Shown piece by piece: positions 38,145 through 49,985 of a DNA stretch of 64,000 nt. A model generated the notes under the pieces. It saw nothing but the letters and a program-made list of their open reading frames with translations, made no database searches and had not been told where the DNA came from. Position 1 is the first letter of the stretch, and each line of letters starts with the position of its first letter. The DNA is taken from assembly GCA_030704615.1 (NCBI GenBank), contig CM060731.1, positions 74,896,001 through 74,960,000 on the forward strand, written 5' to 3'. Both the position numbers and the translations under genes were made by a program. The stretch comes from Takakia lepidozioides. Taxonomy: Eukaryota > Plantae > Bryophyta.

Positions 38145-38165
38145 GAGAAATGAAAGACATGGGAC

Positions 38166-41100
38166 ATGAGTGATGAAAGAGAAGCTAGACGACAGAGATA
38201 TTCAGCAAAAAGAGAAAGCTATCTGAAAGCTAATTATCCATATCTTTGGGAGAGAGGAATAGACATAGGGGAATCATCTGGACCTCTCACACCATTAAGA
38301 TCAAAGAGTGCATCACCTATACCGGAAGAACTAGAGTTGGATGCCACTCCTTCTGTTTCTTTGCAAGAAAGATTAAGGGAATTGGTACAGGAAGAAGATC
38401 AATCACGAGGTGAAAGATCTGAGGTACATCCTTGGATAAAAGACTTGACAGAAATCTTTGATAAAAGTTGGCATGGAACACCAAAAGCAGGAACTCCAGT
38501 TTCTGAAGCAGAAGGTGAAGAAGGAGAAGAGGATGTGGCAGAGCCAACGGAGAGTTCAGACTCTCCAACACCATTACAGTTGAGTTACATGAGTGAAGAA
38601 GAAACCCAAGGGCAGAACTTGGAGGATGAAAACAGAGAGAAGAAATTAGAAGAGGAAGAATATGAAGAAGTAGACCCAACAGCTGAGGTTGAGACTACAA
38701 CCAGGACATCCCAACCCGTTGGACCTGGATCAAGTGGAGCACTTGGATCACAGGCCAACGAAGGTGTCGGCTCAGGGGGATCAGGCGGGCTGCCTGGATC
38801 TGGCTCTGGGGGGACAGGGAGTGTGGGAAGTAGTGCAACTGAAGCTGGGAATACTGTGAATATCGTGGGGCCAGAAGCAAGGAGTGCTCAAGGGCCACCA
38901 CTTGGTGGAAGATCCACCACAAAAACAACAGGTCCAGAAGGACCAGCACCAGCAAGGGTGCCAGCACCTGTCAGTGGGCAGAAGGTAGGGCCACAGATGG
39001 CGTTACAACCAACACGGGCAAAACCACCATTTCCAATATATTCAGGAAAAGGGGATCCCGATGTACACATTAGCCAATTTGAGCACATGTGTATAGTGAA
39101 CAATGAGAATGACGATGATGCCAAGATGAGACTGTTTCCTTGTTCACTTATCAAGAAAGCAAGTGAATGGTATGCAAGATTCCTTGATAATCATTTCCTA
39201 ACCTGGAATGGCTTGAATACAGCATTTCGAAATAGGTTCAGGACAAGTAAAACTGAGGATGAAGTGTATGGAAGTTTACAACAGCTGAAGCAGAAGAAGC
39301 ATGAAACTGTTGAAGAGTATATGGAGAAGATGGAATTGATGATGAAAAAGCTGGCTGCAGTACCAGCGCCCGGGTTACAGAAGACTTGGTTTGTGAGTGG
39401 ACTAAGACCAGAGTTGCAAAAGAAAGTGGATATGTTACCCCATAATACAGTGGAGGAGGCATTTGAAACTGCGAACAGAATTGAGCAATTGGGAATGCTC
39501 AGGAGAGAGAAAAAAGAAGATGAGGACTCTGAGGATGAGTCAGATGAAGAAGAAGAGCAAGAACTAAAAAGAAAGAGTAAGAGAAAGGAGAAGTTGAAGA
39601 GGGATAACTATGAAAAAAAATTGGAAGAAATCTTGAAGAAGTATGCCACAGAGGCTGCAACACATTGGAGGAAGGGTGTATGGTGTGCAAAGTGCCAGAA
39701 TGAAGGCCATACCACCACAGAATGCCACATGAAGGAGAAACACTGTACTATCTGTAAAATGGATAACCATTCTACTGAGAATTGTTACTACAACAGAAGG
39801 ACAGCTGCAAGAGAACCTAGGCAAGTAAGGGTGCATCAGGTGCAGCCCCAGCCAAGAAGAAACAATGATCAGGACCACTATGGTAGGTCTGGTGGTTATA
39901 ACAATGGCATGGAAGGGAGAGGTAATTCAAGAGGGAATTACCAAGGAAATTCCAGAGGCAACTATCAGGGTAATCCAAGGGGGAATTACCAGCCCGGGAA
40001 TCAGGATTATAGAAATAATCCAAGAACAGACCAAGGGCGAGGACCCAATGGTGAAGAGCTATGTTACTATTGTAATCAGCCAGGACATCGCAAGGCAGCC
40101 TGTTCATTCTGGATAAGACACCAGAATGAGATGAGAGCTCCTGTGAATGAGGGCCCAGTGGTGGTAGCTCACATGGTTAGGCCATGTGTTGTACCAGAAG
40201 TAAGTACAATGATAGTAACAAGAAGTAAAGCCAAACTAATACCTCCAGTAGAAGAGGAAGAAGATGAGACTGGAAGTGGCAATGATATGCCTGAAGATGA
40301 AGAGACTTGGAAAGATGAGAAGGAACTGCACAAGGAAGTGGCAGATACTATAAGGGAAATGCAAAAGAGTACTGATATTCCTGTGGCAGATTCCTCTGAT
40401 TCGGATGGAGAAAAAGAAGGGAGTGAGGAAGAAAGGAAAAAAGAAGATGCAGACATGCAAAGTAATGAAGAGACTTTGGCTGAAGTAATATGTCAGACCA
40501 AAGCAGAAATTACCATTGGACAGCTATTAGCTGTGGCACCTTATTGTAGGCACAGGCTGTATCAAGCAATCAATCGAATTGCCCAAGAGACAGGAAACAC
40601 AGACCTGAATAGCAAGGTGACCAGTTATAATGTGAAGCCGGAAGGGCGAGAAACAGTCATGGACTTTGATGATTCTATGCCAGTAATCCAATTGAGAATT
40701 GGAAGCACAGAACTAACGGATGTACTGATAGATGGTGGTTCTGGAGTAAATATCATGACAGACCAATTAAAGAAGAAGCTTGGTCTAAGTAACATGAAAC
40801 CAGCCCCATTTACAATAACAATGGCAGATCAAAGAAGTGTACAACCATTGGGATTAATAAGAGGAGTTAAGATACAGATACAGAAGATGATCTTTATGAT
40901 CACAGTAACTGTATTAAAAATGGATGAAGTCATGGAGGCTTACTCCTTATTATTGGGACGTCCGTGGCTGAAACAGGCCAGGGTATTCCATGACTGGAAT
41001 TCTCAGTTACTAACCGTGCATAATGGGATACAAGAGATACAAATTACCACAAAGAAATCTAGTAGATTTCCTGCTACAAGAAGACCTCGAGGAGTCAGAG

Positions 41101-44100
41101 AGTATGACTGGAAAGGAGGACTGGATGAGGAGCAGGAAGCTACCCTATTTGCTGCACACCCAGAGTGGGAGCAGGTTGCAGAGATGCGGCTGGAAAGCCT
41201 AAGTTGTTTGAGAGGTATCTGCTGTGGTGTAGTGATAGCAACACCAACTGAAGAGGAAACCAGCATTTACCCATCACATTTCTATGAAGAAAGAGAAGGA
41301 GAAATAGAAATCCTAGAAGAACCAGCCACTGTGAGCTTACAGGATGAAGTGGTGACTGGTTGGACAATCACAGCTGATAAGCAGGTGAGGGAAGTAAATG
41401 TGGGAACTAAAGAGGAACCGAGGATGGTGAAAGTAGGAGCTGATTTGGAGCCGGAATTCTTCGAAGAAGCTAAAAGCTTGTTCATCAAATACAGAGATGT
41501 ATTTGCTTGGAGCTATGAGGATCTAAAAGGGATACCACCTGAAGTCTGTCAGCATAAGATTGAACTGGAACCAGGGTCAGTACCAATCAAGCAGGCGAGG
41601 TATAGAATGAATCCCAACTACGCACAGAAGGTTGGAGAAGAGATAAAGAAGTTGGCTGAGGCTAAGTTTATATACCCAATAGAGTATACAACTTGGTTGT
41701 CACCCATTGTTATAGTTCCCAAGAAGAATGGCAAACTAAGAGTATGTGTGAACTATAAGAAGCTGAATGCTTGTACGAAGAAAGATCTTTTCCCTTTGCT
41801 ATTCACAGAAGCAGTATTAGACACTGTGGCAGGCCATGAGATGTACTCATTCATGGATGGCTTCAGTGGTTATAATCAAGTGCAAGTGGCAGAAGAAGAC
41901 CAAGGGAAAACAGCTTTCATCACAGACTGGGGGGCTTATGCATACAAAGTCATGCCCTTTGGACTTTGTAATGCACCAGCGACCTTTCAGAGAGTGATAA
42001 GTGAATCTTTTCATGAGTATCTGGATGATTCCATGCAGGTATTCTTGGATGATTTCAGTGTGTACAGCTCTAAGAGTGAGCACTTGCATAAATTGGAGTT
42101 ATGTTTGGCCAGATGCAGGATGAGAGGTCTGGGCCTGAATCCAGAGAAGTGTACTTTCTGTGTGAACTCAGGGGTGCTGCTGGGACACATTGTGTGTAAG
42201 AAGGGACTCCTTGTGGATCCCAGAAAGACAGAGTCCATTAAAGCCTCTCCACCACCAGTGAATGTTAAAAGTCTACGAAGATTCCTTGGGCAAACCAGTT
42301 ATTACAGGAGATTTGTCAAAAGGTATGCACAAATAGCAGCACCATTGAACAAACTACTGAAGAAAGATGCAGTGTTTGCCTGGACAGCGGAATGTCAACA
42401 TGCATTTGAGGAACTTACACTGTCAGTAACAATTACACCTGTGCTGATTAACCCTCACTGGCATGTAGTATTCCATGTTCACTGCGATGCATCAGGAGAA
42501 GCGTTGGGAGCGGTGTTAGCCCAGAATGTTACAGGGAATATAGATTCACCTGTGTACTATGCTAGCCGGTTGATAAACAGTGCTGAGAGGAACTATAGCA
42601 CAACGGAAAGAGAAGCATTGGCAATGATCTATGCAGTGAAGAAATTCAGGCATTACCTATTGGGCAAGAAGTTTATGTTCTATGTGGATCACCAGGCTCT
42701 GATATACCTGGTAAACAAACCTCTGATAAGCGGAAGAATAGCAAGATGGTTGATAATCTTGCACGAGTTTGAGTTCGAGGTTGTTTACAAGCCTGGGAGA
42801 CTGCATCTTGTGGCGGATCATTTGTCACGATTGTCAACAGGAGAACCAGCCACAGGAATAGATGATCAATTACCAGATGCGAGTCTCTTTGCAGTGGAGG
42901 TGCAGGGAAGTACAGATGACTGGTTAGATTGGCAGTGGCCAATCAGATACTACCTTGTTCATGGTCAGTGCCCACCTAGTTATGGTAAGGAGCAGAGGAA
43001 GAGAATCGCTATCAAAGCTTTACCTTATACTATGGTAGGAAGCAGAATGTATAAGTTAAGACCTGATGGAGTACTAAAACGATGCTTGTACCACCATGAA
43101 GTAAATAAAGTTTTGGCGGAAGTTCATAAATGAGTGGCTGGAGGTCATTTTGGAGAAGAGACTACCAGTAGAAAGATACTACTCGCAGGATACTGGTGGC
43201 CTACTTTGTTCAAAGATGTACACGAGTATTGTCAGAAGTGTGATGAATGTCAGAGGCTAGGACCTTTGCAGAGATCTGGAAGGATGGCCTTGCATCCTAC
43301 AATGCCTACGGAACCATTTCAGAAATGGGGACTAGACTTTGTTGGACCAATTAACCCACCATCCAAGAATACACGAAACAGGTACATAATTACAGCCACT
43401 GATTATACTACAAAGTGGGTGGAAGCTAAAGCTTTGAGGGACAACACAGCCAAGTCCACAGCAAGGTTCCTGTACGAGAACATACTTACACGATTTGGCT
43501 GTCCCTTAGAATTTATCAGTGATCAAGGAAGTCACTTCATGAATGAGACCATTGAGTTGTTGACTAAAGAGTTTATGATTGTGCATAGAAAGAGTACAAC
43601 ATATTACCCACAGGGTAATGGGCAGGCAGAGGCTACCAACAAAATACTATGTACTATCTTGGCTAAGATAGTCAATGCAAACAGAACGGATTGGGATACA
43701 AAGCTGCTGACAGCTTTGTGGTCATACAGGACTTCATATAAAGTCACCACTAAGTATACACCATTCCAATTAGTTTATGGTATGGAAGCCTTACTTCCAG
43801 TGGAATTCCTGTTACCTACCATGAGAACGGAGTGGGGAAAAAGAATGGAATTGCAAGACTCCATCAAGGTCAGGAAACATGAATTATACCATGTGGAAGA
43901 AGTACGTGCTGATGCAGCTGATAATATGACCAGAATTCAGATGAAGCGAAAGGAACAGTTTGATGAAGGCAAGTTAAAGACTTTTAAGTCGGGGGATTTG
44001 GTTCTATGGTTGCAGAAGAAAGGAAAGATTCAAGCTTCTAAGCTTAAATCACCATGGAAAGGACCTTATGTCATACAAAAGATGTATGATAACAACACCG

Positions 44101-44246
44101 CCATGTTACAAACCATTAACAAAGAAATGCTGGGAAGAGTCAATGCAAATAAGTTGAAGGGGTACAGTGGTATCCATGACAAACCCTTGCAGCATGATTT
44201 GCATGTTGAACCGCAAGAGCAGTCACAAGTTGCACCAGTGTTATGA
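38166..44246 (+). CDS. Gag-pol polyprotein (gag, Zn knuckles, PR, RT, RNase H, integrase) with one premature TGA at 43131
   Basis: LIDGGSG (PR), FLDD (RT), CDAS..ERNYSTTEREALA (RH), GHF..CQKCDECQ, WGLDF, SDQG, PQGNGQAE (IN), GPY. Confidence 0.95.
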
Positions 44247-44309
44247 ACGGAGTATGGAGCACTTGTCGCTAGGCCCAGCATATATGACCAGGGCGGGCAA
44301 AACAAACGT

Positions 44310-44580
44310 GACACAGCCTATCACAGCCCATCAAGGCAAAGCACAGCCTATCACAGCCCATCACGACGTGACATAGCCTATCACAGCCCATCAAGGCAAA
44401 GCACAGCCTATCACAGCCCATCACAACGTGACACAGCCTATCACAGCCCAGCACGGCGCAACACAGCCTATCACAACCTACCACAGCGTGTCACAGCCTA
44501 TCACAGCTTACCACAGTGCATCACAGCCTATCACAGCGTAACACAGTATGACACAGCCTGTCACAGCTCAACACAGCCTA
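44310..44580 (+). repeat. 30-bp tandem repeat built on CACAGCC(TAT) in the Ty3 3' UTR
   Basis: CACAGCCTATCACAGCCCATCA... repeated. Confidence 0.9.
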
Positions 44581-46969
44581 CTAAAGTTACACGATCCATA
44601 GAATCAGTGACAAGTGGACGCATAATAACTTCAGGAAAATGGCTGACGGAAGAGAAAACGGAAATTACTTTAAAAATAGACACGTGGAGGTCAGGGCGCG
44701 ACACACAGCCGAGAAGGAAGTGCAAGAACAGGTGTCAAAAAGAAAGAGGACAAGAACGGCCGTCAAAAGGGATGAAAGGCGGGCCCATTAATGAATACGG
44801 AAAAAGGGAAACGGAACGAACGGCAAGTACAGAAAAGCGGAATTCTTGTCACATGTGTGATCCTAGTGGACTATCCAACAGGGAAAGTCCACTAAAGAAA
44901 ATAAAATCTAAAATCCAGTCACAGCGGATACAGCCAATAGAAAACCAGAGACAGACCTCGGGCTCGTACACACAGTCCACCACGAAACTCTCAACGTCAA
45001 AAAGGTGCTCACTCACAAAGGTTTGCTAGTCGAAATCAGTAAACCGTGAGGACAAGGCTTTTTGAGGGGGGAAGGGGTAATGTTAGAGGACTGTCGGGGA
45101 CTTAGACACTTATACGGGATCTGTAGGGTACCCTTAATTTTTGCACAGATTGAGACCAACACTGAGACCAACAGGAGCCTTAGGGGTGACAGCAGCGCAC
45201 TGTAGGGGGGGTTACACAGCCCGGCACAGCCACACAGCCAGTCACAGCCCGTCACAGTCGTCACAGCCGACACGGCCAACACAGCCCGTCACAGTCGTCA
45301 CAGCCGACACAGCCAACACAGCCCGTCACAGTCGTCACAGCCGACACAGCCGTCACAGCCGACACAGCCAAACATAGTCGCACAGCCAGTCACAGCCCGT
45401 CACAGTTTCACACAGCCAGTCACAGCTTGACACAGCTGTCACGATCATAGGGAACGAAGAATAGGACAGGGAACGACTGTGGGGAACAACACCTGCGAAG
45501 GGAACATGTTAGTTCACAGACGACGGTTAGTGAGGGAAACGGTTAGAACCACGGATAGGAAGATAAAGGGAAGAAACGGGGAATTAAGGGAGATCATTCG
45601 GAGAAGGACTTCTTGGTCATGAAGGAGAGGGGATCGGGCAGAGATGAAGAACGGAAGTGAAGATAGAGAGATGATGAGTAGATGCTTGATATATGCAAGG
45701 CTGTAATGATATTGTAGAGCAGATTAGAGACACAATGGCTTCGGCCTGATACCTGATAAATCATAATCGGATACTTTTACGATACAATCACACTGTGTAG
45801 AGAGATCTGAGTGAAGCTATGAAATGAATGGATGAGCTGATGGAATCCAATAGATTGATAAAGCAAACTGATACTTAATTATCAATGGTAAGATAGCTAA
45901 CATGAATACCAAAAGGGAAACAACTAGGAAACACCCCCATGATACACTAGCTGTAGGTCATGACTGATTGTTCTGCGCGGGCTGAGTACTTAGAGATTTC
46001 CAACTCTTCTATCTTGGAGTTTCCGCCTCGAATAGCGAAGGGATGGGTGAGTAAAAGCCGCGCGACACCAGCAACCTAAGCTTGCAGAGACAATAAACAC
46101 TCAACACTCACACTGACCATCAACCTAAACTTAATTCCAAGCATTACAGACCAGCCATGACACAAACACTAACCCCTTCACTCCAATTGTTCTTCATGTG
46201 TTTTGCTCACAAACTAGTTTACCAGTTAGGGCCTTCTTGCTCACATCTTCAAAGAATACAAGCACTGCAAACACATGTTGCTGGCTATCAAGGTTCAAGT
46301 CACACCCTTCCAATGGAAATGACACCAGAAACAAAATGAAGCCAACCAACTCCCTAAACTCATTTCCTAACATTGTTAACCATGCTAAGCACCACATCTG
46401 AAATAAGCATGTCTCAGATTGATTTAGATATGTACCTTGTCACGAGTGGTGCATGTAGCTTCCCTGTACCCACAGTAAACCCTGACTATTGTTACAATTT
46501 GCACAAAAACTTGTCAAGTAACTTTCATACCTACTCTTACCCAGGCAAGTCTTTTTTCACTAGAACGGGAACGGTTCCCTTCGTCCTAAAGCAACAGAGC
46601 TACTTCTCAGATTACAAAAGTATTTAACATTTATAGTGTGTTTGCCTTACCAGGAAGTGATGCAGGCCACAGTCTCTACAAGTGTCAGAATATGAAATCC
46701 TTGAGGTACACATGCCCTGTAGGCTTGGCTCATAGGTCCCAATGGAAGTCCTAGGAGCACAATCCATAACAGTTTAAGTCACAGTGGACAGGGTCATATT
46801 TCCTATCGAAGTTTCCCACTCGAGTCCTTGCACATTGGCAAAGCTGCCCTGTGCTCAGCCTTCAATATGCAATAGTTCATGGCCAAAGGTGTTTGAGTAG
46901 GGCAGTATAATTGCTAGGGTCTTACCACACAACCGGCAAAGGGGACCTGAAAGTTAGAAATCAGTGGAC

Positions 46970-47830
46970 TCAAGCCATATTGTCAAACACTCCATTTTGC
47001 ATCCTGGATACCCCCACATTTGGCATACGTGTCCACAAGGGCATTTTCAAGAATTATACTTGGTACAATCCCAACTTTCCAGATGTTAGCATAGACCTCT
47101 TTGTCCTTTTCTACGGCTGCTATGCATTGCGAAGGCAAACAAATGTTACCTAGTTGGGCTTTATCCCTTTCAGCATCATTTGCTCATAGGTCTCCAAAGA
47201 CCACATCCACTGCCTCAATCTTTGAGGTTTCCACCATAGTCAACGTTTCAACAAGAGGGAGGGCATCGGCCTCCCCTAGATGATCCAAACAAAGCTCAAG
47301 AATCCGAGTGTCTTTGCTGGCTTCTTGTACTCTCACCTGCACATCTCAGAGACACAATCTTAGCTCTTAGCTCTGTTAATGAAGACTACACTTGGGACAT
47401 TGGTAGCCTAAATCAGCTTTGTATTAACACCTTCAGCTGAGGGGCCATAAGCAAGTACAAGGCAAGCAACAGAAAACAGTAGTGCCTCCAACAGCGTATA
47501 TTCTTGTGTCTTACACTATCACAATCTGAGTTGTAAACCACAACTTACCATCCCACAACCATGTTTGGCATATCCTGCAATCAGTGCACTCCACGACACC
47601 ACATCTTGTTTAGCCATATTGTCAAAGACTCCCTTTGCATCCTGGATACTCCCACATCTGGCATATATGTCTACTCGGGCATTTTCCAGAATAATATTTG
47701 GTACAATCCTAGCTTTCCTGATGTCAGCACATAGACTTCTTTGCCCCTTTCAGCACCATTTGCTCATAGGTCTCCAAGCCTTCATCCCACAACCATGCGG
47801 CATATCCTGCAATCATTGCACTCCATGATA
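46970..47830 (-). pseudogene. Degenerate PPR fragments
   Basis: LVDTYAKCG.IQDA..VFDNMA; QDVVSWSALIAGYAKHGCG motifs, broken. Confidence 0.8.
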
Positions 47831-49715
47831 CCACAACTTGCGGTAGAAGACCTTAGTTCAAAACATAAGAGAAATAGAGACATACCCTTTGAGTTGGGAT
47901 CATGCCGCTCGTAGCCCACCACCTTGCACACCTGCTGTTGTTGCAATGTCTGAGCTCAGTAAGCATAAGCTTAAGCTCGCTTAAGTAACTCTACTTCTCC
48001 TCATAATGCATCCTCAGAGCAGCAGGATAGGAGCAAGAATCTCAAGGATCTGCACAGGGGCCTGTCCATAGCACTGCAACCATAAGTTCACTTGTTGGAA
48101 TACTTGTGATTGTAGATAATAAAGCAATGTTTGATTGTTTAGGGGACCCAGAGATGCAAGACACACAAGATTACTGAGAGGTTCTCCTACTACTTTAGGC
48201 TTGATTCTTCAATTGTAGACAAAGTTCATGACTAGTTAGCATTTTCCAGCGAACTCATTGAGTAGATAATTTTTTTGAGAGTCAACTAGACCTAGTGAAG
48301 CAGCACATTGAACCACTAAGTATACTGGACATACTGCTAAATCTCCTCTAGTAAAATTCCGAAGGGTTGTCCAAGTCTTCCACTTGGAAGGGAAGTCCAA
48401 CTTAGAAGCCCTTATAAGCTTGGACAAGTTAAGTTTTGGAAATGATAAGATAACACACCTCACAGATATATAGTGACTATGCACCATACCACCAACCTAA
48501 CAGATTGGAAAAATCTCATAGTATAGTCAGATCAGAGGCAACCCCCTCTTATGGTTATTCTTTCCTAAAGTCCTCTCATAGGTAATGGCACTCCATAAGT
48601 AGCATGTCCGAGGGAATACGACCAACCTACTTGGCTACCATTATGTAAGGGAGTCAAAAGTGTAGACCACTTGAGCCAAAATTCACCTAAGTGTCTGTGT
48701 AGGAAGGGGCTGTCAAAATTTTCAACACGGCTGAAGCCAACATCACTGGTTCCTTGGGAAGATAGCACATAGAAGACACCTTAAAGTCTCTTCTTCCTAG
48801 AAAATGTGACAGTAGCCATTCTTTTGCTATTTCTCCCTAGTTCATGTAGTGCAAAGGCAGCAGCTCATTTGCCAGCATTGAACATTTAGGGTAAACCATT
48901 TGCATCCTCTTCTATACATGACATGATGAAAAAGCTTCTCATCAAAGCCCTCGAGACATTTTGGAAACATTGGTTCGAAACTACAAAAACCTAAATTGCT
49001 TCGAGGAACAAAGCCTAGGCTCACTTTGAGAATCCACGTATTGATCGACATCAGACTTGAGGGCGCTCAGCTGACCTTCCGACGCAACTTTGATCTTGTC
49101 ATCATTGATAGTTATCAAAACTTTGGCCTGGAATGCAATTGGGTTGCAAAATACCTCAAAGAAAACACCATCATCTCCTGTCTGCCGGTACTCCATTGTG
49201 TCCCGTTTCCGTGGCCTCGTGGCCTTCTCCTGCTCTTCAAATGTCGTCAGGAGGCCGACAATGGCAAAGCTTAGACCCTTGGCTGCGTCTACCGAGAATG
49301 GCAGAGTGAGTAACGTCTCCCCGATTTGGAAGGTGATGGGGGATTTCGCTGCGAGAATGAAGTAGATTCTTCCGATCAAAATTGCGGAAGGCCGAACAAA
49401 ATCCAAGCCTAAGACCAACTAAGAAAAACACAACTACCTTAGAATCCACCGAAAACTTTGGATCAATTGCACTGTCCCGGGGCCTCACTTCCCTGCTCAC
49501 AAGTCTCTAGAAACAAATTCAAATCTGTCAATAAATACCATGGCTCCATTCGTAGTACTCACTGTCGATTTATTTCCCCTGTCCCATTCCTGGACGGGCA
49601 GCAGGAATAGTTGTATATTCAGCTTATACTCTCGTATGTGTATGTATATACGATGAATATATATATACATATATTATATACATTATATACAAAAATCCGT
49701 AAAAATTTATAGTTT

Positions 49716-49830
49716 GCAATTCAATTGAATTGTGAGTTGACAATTCAATTGAATCGTGTGTACCGACAATTCAATTGAATTGCAAATTAGGGTTCTTTTC
49801 AAGCTGGTTTTTGCAATTCAATTGAATTGC
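49716..49830. repeat. Four copies of the 16-bp palindrome CAATTCAATTGAATTG
   Basis: Copies at ~49717, 49741, 49767, 49814. Confidence 0.85.
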
Positions 49831-49985
49831 TTGCGCATTTTTAGGGGGGGTGATCAAGTGAATTGCGATGTATTTCACATCAAGGCCTATTTGGAATTCC
49901 CTACACTTGCACATGGTATATACAAGCCAAGGTGTGAGGTAGGTAGCAGTCGGACTGGATGATGGGTGGTAGACTAGCTAATAAC

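Larger units (their letters stand above)
36644..46067 (+). mobile_element. Near-intact Ty3/gypsy non-chromovirus LTR retrotransposon (Athila/Phygy-like)
   Basis: LTRs at 36644-37556 and 45081-46067 (TGTTAG...CGCGACA), TSD CCAGC, PBS TGGCGACCATACTGGGG (tRNA-Arg-like), PPT GAGGGGGGAAGGGG. Confidence 0.97.

Noticed and set aside
43131-43133. Programmed stop-codon readthrough between RH and integrase
   Set aside because: The TGA falls inside the integrase zinc-binding region where Gly (GGA) is expected, so a simple nonsense mutation is more likely.
44607-45029. env-like 3' ORF
   Set aside because: It is short, starts with GTG, is lysine/arginine-rich and has no transmembrane segment.
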